Positions 18,345 through 26,228 of a DNA stretch of 32,000 bases are shown piece after piece; position 1 is the stretch's first letter; each line of letters starts with the position of its first letter. Origin of the DNA: an uncultured Flavobacterium sp. (lineage in GTDB: Bacteria > Bacteroidota > Bacteroidia > Flavobacteriales > Flavobacteriaceae); NCBI RefSeq assembly GCF_963922255.1, contig NZ_CAWUIC010000016.1, positions 11,360 through 43,359 of the forward strand, given 5' to 3'. The translations under genes and the position numbers were made by a program. The notes beneath the pieces are model-generated. The model saw only the letters and a list, made by a program, of their open reading frames with translations, was not told the origin of the DNA and did not search any database.

Positions 18345-19118
18345 ATGTCAAAACTTGCCGAAAAAGATAAATTTTTAGATTTATCAGACTATGGAAGACC
18401 TTTTGGAAAAGCCTTTGCTTTGCTATTAAAGAATACCAAATTCACTCCAATTCATGTAACTTTACTTTTCGGAATTTCCGGATTAATTGCTGTTTTTTGC
18501 ATACTAAATCATTACTATTTTGCAGCTGGATTCTTCCTGATTTTGAAGTCCATTATTGATGCTGCAGATGGCGAATTAGCCCGTATAAAAAATACTCCTT
18601 CTTACACTGGAAGATACCTTGATAGTGTCTTTGACATTGTCTTAAATTTTATGTTTTTAATGGCAATTTACTATGTTTCAAACACCTCTTTTTGGCTTAC
18701 AATATTAGCTTTTTTTGGTATACAATTACAAGGAACTTTATACAATTATTACTATGTAATTTTAAGAAATAAATCAGTTGGTGGAGACGCAACAAGTAAA
18801 ATTTTTGAATACAAATCTCCTAAAGCTTTGCCTGGTGAAACTCAAAAATCGGTTGATATTTTATTCAAAATTTACACTGTTTTTTATGGTGGTTTTGATA
18901 AAATAATTCACTTTTTAGATAAGAATGCTTACAAGGTAAAAACGTTTCCAAATTGGTTTATGACTTCATTATCTGTTTTTGGATTAGGTTTTCAACTGTT
19001 GATAATTGCCATTATGTTACCTTTAAATTTGATAGAACTCATTATTCCCTTTTTCGTTGTTTTTACCTTAATGATATTTGTATTCATTGGTATTAGAAAA
19101 CGCTTTATTAAGGCTTAA
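18345..19118 (+). CDS. CDP-alcohol phosphatidyltransferase family protein
   Basis: DGELARIKNTPSYTGRYLDSVFD is an exact match to DG-x2-AR-x8-G-x3-D-x3-D. The protein is polytopic. Confidence 0.85.
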   Translation: MSKLAEKDKFLDLSDYGRPFGKAFALLLKNTKFTPIHVTLLFGISGLIAVFCILNHYYFAAGFFLILKSIIDAADGELARIKNTPSYTGRYLDSVFDIVLNFMFLMAIYYVSNTSFWLTILAFFGIQLQGTLYNYYYVILRNKSVGGDATSKIFEYKSPKALPGETQKSVDILFKIYTVFYGGFDKIIHFLDKNAYKVKTFPNWFMTSLSVFGLGFQLLIIAIMLPLNLIELIIPFFVVFTLMIFVFIGIRKRFIKA

Positions 19119-19212
19119 AATAGCGATAGATAATTCTTATAGTAATAGGTTAAAATATTATTTTTCAATATATTAAATAAAATTATATAAACAAATAATT
19201 GAATATCTAATT

Positions 19213-19968
19213 TTACCCAATCCAAGACTTAAAATCAGAAACTTTTTCTCTAGAAACGATTACTTCTTCTTCTTTGTAAGAAGGTAAAATCACTTTTAAT
19301 CTTGAATTACTATAAACCTGAATCTCTTTAATTGCTTTCAACGGAACTATAAATTTTCGACTTACGCGATAAAAATCTTTTGGATTTAACTCCTCTTCTA
19401 TATGTTCCAAAGTTGTATCTAAAAGGTAATTTCGATTTTCAAAAGTGTGCAAATAAGTACCTTTATTTTCGCTATAAAAACACTCAACCTCATCGATAGA
19501 AATCACTTTGAGTTGCTGACCAATTTTGACAGAAAATCTATTTTTATATTCTTTAGTTTCTGAACCTAAAATCATCTTCTTGATCATGTCAAAATCCAAA
19601 TTAGAAACTGTGTTTTTTTGGACTTGATTTTTAAATTTATTTATGGCAATTTCCAAGTCAACATCATCAATAGGTTTTAACAAATAATCGATGCTATTTA
19701 GCTTAAAAGCACGCAAGGCATATTCGTCATAAGCAGTAGTAAAAATGACCGCACTTTTGATGTCAATTTGCTCAAAAATTTCAAACGATAATCCGTCCGA
19801 AAGTTGAATGTCTAAAAAAATTAAATCAGGATGATTGTTGTTTTGAAACCATTCTATTGATTCCTCTACAGAATGTAAAAGTGTATGTACTTCTAAACCC
19901 AATTTTTCAACTTTTCGTTGCAACAATCTTGCTGCTGGTTTTTCGTCTTCGATGATTATGATATTCAT
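19213..19968 (-). CDS. LytTR/AlgR family response regulator
   Basis: The N-terminal receiver domain is MNIIIIEDE...DLIFLDIQLSDG...TTAYDEYA. The C-terminal LytTR domain contains FYRVSRKFIVPLKAIKEI. Confidence 0.9.
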   Translation of the reverse strand: MNIIIIEDEKPAARLLQRKVEKLGLEVHTLLHSVEESIEWFQNNNHPDLIFLDIQLSDGLSFEIFEQIDIKSAVIFTTAYDEYALRAFKLNSIDYLLKPIDDVDLEIAINKFKNQVQKNTVSNLDFDMIKKMILGSETKEYKNRFSVKIGQQLKVISIDEVECFYSENKGTYLHTFENRNYLLDTTLEHIEEELNPKDFYRVSRKFIVPLKAIKEIQVYSNSRLKVILPSYKEEEVIVSREKVSDFKSWIG

Positions 19969-20018
19969 GTTTTTTAAATTTTAATCTGCATACTAATTAC
20001 TGAACACTGACAACTAAT

Positions 20019-20387
20019 CTATTCCCATTTGTTATTTTTCTCTTTCTCCATCAACTCCTTAATTTTTCGTTCTTCCCAATCACTTCCTAAAATCATTCCT
20101 GGTAAAAAAACAGATAATCCATGAGCTAACAATCCAATTCCCCAAAAGAAAGCTGTTATAAAATTATGCCATTGAAAATAACTTTCTCCTTCTCCAAGAT
20201 TTTGATAATTAATTACTACAAACATTAAATTGATAACTAAATAAACTAATGCATGAGTATAAAAACCCTTTATTCGTTTTACTCTTTTTAAAGCTTCATA
20301 ATATTTAGCATCTTCTGGATTTGTTGGTATATAATTTTTAAAATCTCTTCTATCCATTCTTCTTTGTGTTCTGTCTTCTATACTCAT
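20019..20387 (-). CDS. 2TM domain-containing small membrane protein
   Basis: Y-x2-A-x3-V-x3-KGFY-TH is followed by two hydrophobic helices and then SDWEERKIKE. It is a paralog of 20389-20700 and of the kinase C-terminus. Confidence 0.75.
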   Translation of the reverse strand: MSIEDRTQRRMDRRDFKNYIPTNPEDAKYYEALKRVKRIKGFYTHALVYLVINLMFVVINYQNLGEGESYFQWHNFITAFFWGIGLLAHGLSVFLPGMILGSDWEERKIKELMEKEKNNKWE

Positions 20388-20388
20388 C

Positions 20389-20700
20389 TTATTTGAATTT
20401 ATTATTTAACTTTTCTTCTTCCATGAATTGTTTAATCTTTTTTTCTTCCCAATCTTTATTAAAAAATGGAAAAAAGTTAAACACTCTCATTCCATGTAAT
20501 AAGACTCCAATTCCCCAACCAAGCAAAGTCCAAATGAACCATAGAACTTCTGGAGTATATTTAAGGTTGATGTATATTATTATAATCATTACTACTACAA
20601 AACTTAATAAATGACTATAAAACCCTTTTATTTCTTGTACTTGTTTTTTAGCTTTTTGATAACGTTCAAAATCATTATTCTTTTCCATAATTAGTTCCAT
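20389..20700 (-). CDS. 2TM domain-containing small membrane protein
   Basis: It has the same module: YQKAKKQVQEIKGFYSH, two helices, then KDWEEKKIK. As tracked, the start overlaps the kinase stop by 10 nt. The alternative Met5 start at 20688 leaves a 2-nt gap. Confidence 0.75.
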   Translation of the reverse strand: MELIMEKNNDFERYQKAKKQVQEIKGFYSHLLSFVVVMIIIIYINLKYTPEVLWFIWTLLGWGIGVLLHGMRVFNFFPFFNKDWEEKKIKQFMEEEKLNNKFK

Positions 20701-22046
20701 TTTGATTCCTCTTTATTTTCTTTTTGTAAAATTTCTTGAATTTTCTTCTCTTCCCACGATTTTCCATAACCAAAAGTATCAAAGGCATGAAAGGTTAAAC
20801 CTAATCCCCAACCTAACATTGGAAACCAAAACCATTGAAAACTTGATGTGTTTAAATTAATTATGATAAGAATAGGAATAACACAGCAATAAGAAATTAA
20901 ATTTCCATAAAATCCTTTTAATTTTTCTACTCTATCTTTTGCTCTATCATAAGCTGTTTGTTCGTTGTAATTATAATTTGTTTCCATAACTGATATTTGT
21001 TTTGTTAATATGGGAAGTTTTAACTTGAAGTATTCGTCTGTATCTTCAACTATAACATTTCGTTTAGATAAAATTGCATATCTATTTACAATGTTTTGAA
21101 GCCCAACACCTCTTCTATTTTGTAATACTTCCTTTTTTTGTTTGTTATTTTCTATTATTAATTCATTTTGAATTATACCAATCTTAATGTGTAAAGGTTT
21201 TTTTTCGCTAACTACATTGTGTTTTATGCAATTTTCTAATAATAATTGTAACGATAACGGAACTACTTTTGCATCTTCATTGTCAAAATTTTCTGGAATT
21301 TCAAAAGTTATACTGTCTTCAAATCGCATTTTCAATAAATTCATGTAGGTTTTTGCAAAAGCTAATTCTTCTGCAACTGTAACCAATTCTTTATCCTTTT
21401 GTTCTAAAACATATCTGTAAATTTTAGATAAAGAAGTGGTGAATTTTTGTGCATTTTCTGGATTTTCTTCGATCAATGAACTCAAAACATTTAAACTGTT
21501 GAATAAAAAATGAGGATCAATCTGGTTTTTTAAACTCTCAAACTTGGCTGAAGCTGTTCCTGCAATAATCTTTTGTTCTTTTATTTTATTTTCTTGCGAT
21601 TTTCTATAAAAATAAATTAAGTGAAAGATTAAAGTAATTATTAGAGTAATCAAAAGTGAAATTAAATAGAAACTAAATTTTTCTTCCCTAATAAATTTTT
21701 CGAATGATTCCCTGTAAATAATAACTTCTGTAGTATATCTAATACAAAAAATACCGAACATGGTTAAAAGCACACTTCCTATAGCACTAATAAAAAATCT
21801 ATATCTACTATATTTTTCCCATCTAACTTTATTGTTCAAATAATCAAAATAAGTACCATTAATTATTGATAATACTACACCATAAACGCAATAATAGCCA
21901 AATTCTACTAACAAATCGTTATTAAATTCCGGTCTTCTTCCAAAAGTATATTCAATACCAATTATTACACAAAAAATTACAATACTAATGATAAGTCCTT
22001 TGAATAAAGCTTTTATTATATTTTGAATTATTTTCTGAATTGTCAT
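20691..22046 (-). CDS. LytS-type sensor histidine kinase with four N-terminal TM helices and a fused C-terminal 2TM module
   Basis: H-box DPHFLFNSLNVLSSLI, N-box LQLLLENCIKHN and G-box RRGVGLQNIVNRY are present. The last ~90 aa (YDRAKDRVEKLKGFYGN ... KSWEEKKIQE) form a 2TM module. Confidence 0.85.
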   Translation of the reverse strand: MTIQKIIQNIIKALFKGLIISIVIFCVIIGIEYTFGRRPEFNNDLLVEFGYYCVYGVVLSIINGTYFDYLNNKVRWEKYSRYRFFISAIGSVLLTMFGIFCIRYTTEVIIYRESFEKFIREEKFSFYLISLLITLIITLIFHLIYFYRKSQENKIKEQKIIAGTASAKFESLKNQIDPHFLFNSLNVLSSLIEENPENAQKFTTSLSKIYRYVLEQKDKELVTVAEELAFAKTYMNLLKMRFEDSITFEIPENFDNEDAKVVPLSLQLLLENCIKHNVVSEKKPLHIKIGIIQNELIIENNKQKKEVLQNRRGVGLQNIVNRYAILSKRNVIVEDTDEYFKLKLPILTKQISVMETNYNYNEQTAYDRAKDRVEKLKGFYGNLISYCCVIPILIIINLNTSSFQWFWFPMLGWGLGLTFHAFDTFGYGKSWEEKKIQEILQKENKEESKWN

Positions 22047-22067
22047 GATACGTTTTTTAAGAATTTA

Positions 22068-22688
22068 TTATTTACACGCTGCTAATACTTCCTTAGCTCT
22101 ATCTAATCCCCAATTGGGATGAAAAGGTGTTTCTAATTTAAAACTTTCAAATAAAGGTATTGCTTTTGCAATTTGCTCACACATTGGTGATGTATCTTGA
22201 CCGAAAAACTTGGCTGAACCCATTTCAAATTCTGCTTTAGAGAACATTACTCTTGGATTTTCAGGAGCTATTCTTGTTGCTTTAGCATAAATGTCTTTTG
22301 CCATAATTGAATATTTCATTCCGTTTTTCATAGGATCTAAAACAATCCAACCTGTATAAATCATTCCTTGTAAAACTAATAGCTCTGGGTTTTGATTATC
22401 ATTACTTAATTCTATATCTAAAGCCTTTTGAGCTGAATCTAGTAACGAAGTAACTTTTTCTTTATCTTGTGTTTGAAAAGAAGCTAAAGTGTTAACTAAT
22501 GCTGCATAATAGTTCGGTAACCAATTGTCTTTTTCAACTGAAGCTAAATTTTCAAATACTGCAACAGCTTCAGTATTTTTTCCAGTTTGCCATAAACTCA
22601 TTCCATTTTTCATTTCAATTTCATAATTAGATTGAGCTGAAACTAAACTACAAACTAAAATGGCGATAAATGTGATAATTTTTGTCAT
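22068..22688 (-). CDS. Hypothetical secreted protein, probably helical-repeat (TPR-like)
   Basis: It has a signal peptide MTKIITFIAILVCSLVSAQS and lies 21 nt upstream of the kinase gene on the same strand. The TPR-like call is only an impression from its helical, A/L/E-rich periodicity. Confidence 0.5.
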   Translation of the reverse strand: MTKIITFIAILVCSLVSAQSNYEIEMKNGMSLWQTGKNTEAVAVFENLASVEKDNWLPNYYAALVNTLASFQTQDKEKVTSLLDSAQKALDIELSNDNQNPELLVLQGMIYTGWIVLDPMKNGMKYSIMAKDIYAKATRIAPENPRVMFSKAEFEMGSAKFFGQDTSPMCEQIAKAIPLFESFKLETPFHPNWGLDRAKEVLAACK

Positions 22689-22873
22689 AATTTCTAAAAT
22701 TTAAAGTTAGTATTTCTTTTTTGATGAGACAAAGTTGCATTAGATTAATTCATTTTTAAAAATGTATTAACCGAACTGTTGTTTTTTGAGGATGAATTGT
22801 AATTTTATAGTGATTTAAATTTTTCAGAAGTTAAAATTGACATCGAATTAGTACATTTACAAAAACATTACTC

Positions 22874-23788
22874 ATGGAGTACCAACAAATTTTAAACTCA
22901 ATATATAACGAAGTTAAGCTACTAGAAAACAAGGGTTCTATTGCAGATTACATTCCTGAATTAACTAAAGTTAATGCTTCTAAATTCGGAATTTCATTAA
23001 TTGATAACCAACAAAACATTTATAATGTAGGAAATGCAACTGAAAATTTCTCGATTCAAAGTATCACAAAAGTTTTTACAACTGCATTAATTTTTTCTAA
23101 AATAGGAAATGATTTATGGAAAAGAGTCAATTTTGAACCTTCTGGAAACGCTTTTAATTCTTTAGTTCAGTTAGAATATGAAAACGGAATTCCAAGAAAT
23201 CCTTTTATAAATGCTGGTGCTTTAGTTATTGCCGATTTAATGTTAGAACATTTTGAGGATCCAAAAACATATTTTTTAAATTTTGTAAGAACATTGGCAA
23301 ATTCAGAAAACATTAACTACAATTCAAAAGTGGTTTCTTCGGAAAAAGATACAGGTTTTAGAAATGCTGCATTAGTCAATTATATCAAATCCTATGGCAA
23401 TATTAGAAACAATCCAGAAGATGTTTTAGATTTTTATTACCATCAATGTGCTTTAGAAATGAATTGTGAAGAATTAGCCAAAAGTTTTCAAGTCTTTTCA
23501 AATAATGGAATAAATCCATATAATAACGAGCGTTTACTTACTTCAAGTCAATGCAAAAGAATGAATGCCTTAATGCAAATGTGTGGTTTTTATGATCAAG
23601 CTGGAGAATTTACTTTTAAAGTAGGTTTACCCGGAAAAAGTGGTGTTGGTGGTGGCGTTACTGCTGTTTTTCCAAACAATTATACCGTTGCTGTTTGGAG
23701 TCCAAAACTAAATAAAAAAGGAAATTCTGTTTATGGATTAGAAACTTTAGAACGATTAACCACAATCACTGAAGCCTCAATATTTTAA
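22874..23788 (+). CDS. glsA: Glutaminase A
   Basis: It has SIQSITKVF (the Ser-x-x-Lys catalytic motif of the serine-dependent beta-lactamase-like glutaminases), NPFINAGA and GLPGKSGVGGG. Size is 304 aa. Confidence 0.9.
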   Translation: MEYQQILNSIYNEVKLLENKGSIADYIPELTKVNASKFGISLIDNQQNIYNVGNATENFSIQSITKVFTTALIFSKIGNDLWKRVNFEPSGNAFNSLVQLEYENGIPRNPFINAGALVIADLMLEHFEDPKTYFLNFVRTLANSENINYNSKVVSSEKDTGFRNAALVNYIKSYGNIRNNPEDVLDFYYHQCALEMNCEELAKSFQVFSNNGINPYNNERLLTSSQCKRMNALMQMCGFYDQAGEFTFKVGLPGKSGVGGGVTAVFPNNYTVAVWSPKLNKKGNSVYGLETLERLTTITEASIF

Positions 23789-23821
23789 ATTTCTACTTTC
23801 AATTTAAACAAATTAACGATT

Positions 23822-24274
23822 ATGAAAAAAATACTTTTTATTCTTTCAATATTTATTTATACATCAAGTTTAGCACAAACAGAATCTACTTTTGATGAAA
23901 AGCTAGCAAAAGAACTCGGTGCTGATGAATATGGCATGAAAACCTATGTGTTTTGCCTTTTAAAAACTGGAACTAACACAAAGGCTACCGAAAACGAACA
24001 AAAAATAGCTTTTGAAGGTCACATGCAAAACATGAATAAATTAGTTAAAGAAAACAAATTAATAGTTGCTGGACCTTTTTACAAAAATGAAAGAAATTAC
24101 AGAGGAATTTTTATTTTTAATTGTTCAACAATCGAAGAAGCTGAAGAATGGGTTAAAACCGATCCAGCTATAATAGCGAATCTTCTCGAAGCTGAACTAA
24201 CACTTTGGTATAGCAGTGCTGCCTTAATGAAAGTTGATGAAATTCACGATTCGATAGCTAAAACTAAAATCTAA
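23822..24274 (+). CDS. YciI-like family protein with N-terminal signal peptide
   Basis: The signal peptide is MKKILFILSIFIYTSSLAQ. The core KTYVFCLLKTG...HMQNMNKLVKENKLIVAGPF...DPAI resembles the YciI/DGPF fold. Confidence 0.55.
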   Translation: MKKILFILSIFIYTSSLAQTESTFDEKLAKELGADEYGMKTYVFCLLKTGTNTKATENEQKIAFEGHMQNMNKLVKENKLIVAGPFYKNERNYRGIFIFNCSTIEEAEEWVKTDPAIIANLLEAELTLWYSSAALMKVDEIHDSIAKTKI

Positions 24275-24325
24275 AATCTTATCAACAAATCCATTTTTGA
24301 CAAAAGTAGTTTCTTAAATAATACT

Positions 24326-24333
24326 TACTTTTG
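24326..24333 (+). promoter_or_regulatory. Bacteroidota-type -7 box (TAnnTTTG) for gene 24356-24883
   Basis: TACTTTTG is an exact match 22 nt upstream of the ATG. There is a TTTG about 30 nt further upstream. Confidence 0.4.
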
Positions 24334-24355
24334 CCATTCATAAAATTTCAAACCA

Positions 24356-24883
24356 ATGATTTATAAATTTAGAGCTATATTAGATACTAAAGAAGATATT
24401 TTTAGAGATATTGCTATAGAAAAAACAAACACTTTAGAGGATTTACACAACGCAATTGTCAACGCTTTTGGTTTTGACGGAACTGAAATGGCTTCATTTT
24501 ATATGTGTGATGATGAATGGAATCAAGAATTTGAAATTCCACTATTTGACACCGGAGAAACTGAAGGTGAAGTGAGAACAATGAATGAGTTTATTCTTGA
24601 AGATAATTTAGACAAATACCACACAAAAATTATTTACGTTTATGATTTCTTAAACATGTGGACTTTCTACGTGGAATTAGCCGTAATTGAAGATGAAAAA
24701 GAAGAAGGTGTAATTTATCCAGCTTTATTATTCTCTCAAGGTGAAGTTCCTTTAGAAGCGGAAGACAAGTTATTTCAAGCTGAAGGCAGCTTAGATGAAG
24801 ATGATTATGACGAAGATGATTTAGATATGTTCGAAGGTGATGACAGCTTTGAAGATTTTGGTTTTGAAGAAAATTGGAATTAA
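24356..24883 (+). CDS. PRiA4_ORF3-like (plasmid pRiA4b ORF-3 / IS1096 passenger TnpR-like) family protein with acidic tail
   Basis: The N-terminus IYKFRAILDTKEDIFRDIAIEKTNTLEDLHNAIVNAFGFDG and YVYDFLNMW are typical of the family. The last ~40 aa are strongly D/E-rich. Confidence 0.55.
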   Translation: MIYKFRAILDTKEDIFRDIAIEKTNTLEDLHNAIVNAFGFDGTEMASFYMCDDEWNQEFEIPLFDTGETEGEVRTMNEFILEDNLDKYHTKIIYVYDFLNMWTFYVELAVIEDEKEEGVIYPALLFSQGEVPLEAEDKLFQAEGSLDEDDYDEDDLDMFEGDDSFEDFGFEENWN

Positions 24884-24895
24884 ACTTTTAGGTTA

Positions 24896-24920
24896 AAAGG
24901 TTATGAGTTTATAAGGTTAA
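24896..24920. repeat. Left arm of a 25-bp inverted repeat (24/25) in the spacer before the nucleoid-associated protein gene
   Basis: AAAGGTTATGAGTTTATAAGGTTAA begins 12 nt after the upstream stop codon. Confidence 0.9.
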
Positions 24921-25035
24921 AAGGTATTGTGGAATTACATACTTTTAAAAATATAACTTTATTTAATCTTTTTTTTTACTCAAAACCTTCTAAATTCTAA
25001 TACTCTTAATTTTCTACACAAACCCTTTTAAACTC

Positions 25036-25060
25036 TTAACCTTATAAACTTATAACCTTT
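25036..25060. repeat. Right arm of the 25-bp inverted repeat
   Basis: TTAACCTTATAAACTTATAACCTTT is the reverse complement of the left arm with one mismatch. It ends 8 nt before the ATG at 25069. Confidence 0.9.
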
Positions 25061-25068
25061 CCTCACAA

Positions 25069-26127
25069 ATGATAAACCTATTCAACGCCCACATAGACAA
25101 TCTTTCCATTCATAGAGTTGGAAATAAAAGCCGAAACGAAGCCATCTTTTTATCTGAAAACCCTTATGGTTTAAATGATGAAATTATGCCTTTATTAAAA
25201 GAATACTTCTTTAAACCTTTTCGTGAAAAAGAAGAAAACTACTTTCAATTTGCTCATGATGTGGATTTAGAATATAACGATATGTTCAACTTAGCTACTG
25301 AGATTTTTACTAATCCAAGTGAAGTTCATAATGTATCTAAAAAAATAACAACACATTTGTTTGAGCAATCAAATCATCCGCATATTAAAAATGGTGAAGT
25401 TTATGTTGCTTACTTTTCAAATGTTTCGATTGACAATAATGTTGTCGATGCCATTGGTGTTTTCAAAAGTGAAGTACAAACAGATTTCTTGCAATTTGAA
25501 GAAAACGGAAGCAATCTTGAAATGATTTTACAACAAGGAATTAACTTGAATAAGTTGGATAAAGGTTGTATTATTTTCAATTATAAAAAGGAAGAAGGTT
25601 ATAAAATTTTAACCGTTGATAGCAATAGATATGATGCTCGTTATTGGTTAGAACATTTCTTATCTGTTGATGCTTTTCAAGATGAAAATTTCATGACTAA
25701 GAAGTATTTAAAATTCTGTCAAGACTTTGCTAAAGATGTAGTTTTACCTGCAGAAGACAAACAACAAGAGGTTTTATTCATGAATAGAGCTATCAATCAC
25801 TTTGCAAAAAATGACGCTTTTGAAGAAACTGCTTTCTTGAATGAGGTTATGGAAAACCCAGAATTTATTCCAGAATTTAAAAACTACAAAGTAGATAAAG
25901 GTGAAAAATATAGTATTGAAGACGTAACTGATTTTCCTATTGCAAATGCAGCTGTGACTGATGTTCGTAAGAAATTGAAAAACACCATTCATTTAGATAC
26001 AAATGTTCAAATTAAGTTAGACTTTGTAAACTCTGATTCTGCTCAAAAATTTGTTGAAAAAGGTTGGGACGAAGAAAAACAAATGTATTATTACTTAGTT
26101 TACTTTAATAAAGAACAGAAAGTATAG
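25069..26127 (+). CDS. Nucleoid-associated protein, NdpA/YejK-like (NA37 family)
   Basis: The N-terminus LSIHRVGNKSRNEAIFLSENP and the overall 352-aa size match the flavobacterial nucleoid-associated protein family as I recall it. No search was run. Confidence 0.65.
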   Translation: MINLFNAHIDNLSIHRVGNKSRNEAIFLSENPYGLNDEIMPLLKEYFFKPFREKEENYFQFAHDVDLEYNDMFNLATEIFTNPSEVHNVSKKITTHLFEQSNHPHIKNGEVYVAYFSNVSIDNNVVDAIGVFKSEVQTDFLQFEENGSNLEMILQQGINLNKLDKGCIIFNYKKEEGYKILTVDSNRYDARYWLEHFLSVDAFQDENFMTKKYLKFCQDFAKDVVLPAEDKQQEVLFMNRAINHFAKNDAFEETAFLNEVMENPEFIPEFKNYKVDKGEKYSIEDVTDFPIANAAVTDVRKKLKNTIHLDTNVQIKLDFVNSDSAQKFVEKGWDEEKQMYYYLVYFNKEQKV

Positions 26128-26163
26128 TATTCACTGTTCAGTTTATAGTGTTCAGTAAAATAT

Positions 26164-26202
26164 AATTCCTCAATTACGAATAAGTGGTTGAGGAATTTTT
26201 TA
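26164..26202 (+). terminator. Rho-independent terminator after the nucleoid-associated protein gene
   Basis: A 10-bp stem AATTCCTCAA / TTGAGGAATT (26164-26173 / 26188-26197) has a 14-nt loop and is followed by a T run. Confidence 0.7.
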
Positions 26203-26208
26203 TATTTG
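26201..26208 (+). promoter_or_regulatory. Bacteroidota-type -7 box (TAnnTTTG) for gene 26229-26855
   Basis: TATATTTG is an exact match 20 nt upstream of the ATG at 26229, immediately after the terminator. Confidence 0.4.
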
Positions 26209-26228
26209 AAGTAAATTCAACAGAAATC

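Noticed and set aside
19997-20008. The 12-mer AGTGTTCAGTAA is shared between the minus strand here and the plus strand at 26147-26158.
   Set aside because: Many 12-mer coincidences are expected between two strands of a 32-kb AT-rich window. There is no positional logic linking the two sites.
20366-20614. An 82-aa plus-strand ORF spanning the junction of the two 2TM genes.
   Set aside because: It is antisense to two genes whose products show a conserved triplicated module. The translation is low-complexity and it has no -7 box upstream.
26124-26156. A short direct repeat ATAGT...TGTTCAGT x2 just after the nucleoid-associated protein stop codon.
   Set aside because: The repeated unit is only 8-9 nt and lies just upstream of the real terminator. 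It is compatible with chance.
26184-26228. The tracked GTG start for the membrane protein ORF (26184).
   Set aside because: The GTG lies inside the terminator hairpin 26164-26197. An exact TAnnTTTG box at 26201-26208 sits downstream of it. ATG 26229 fits both signals.
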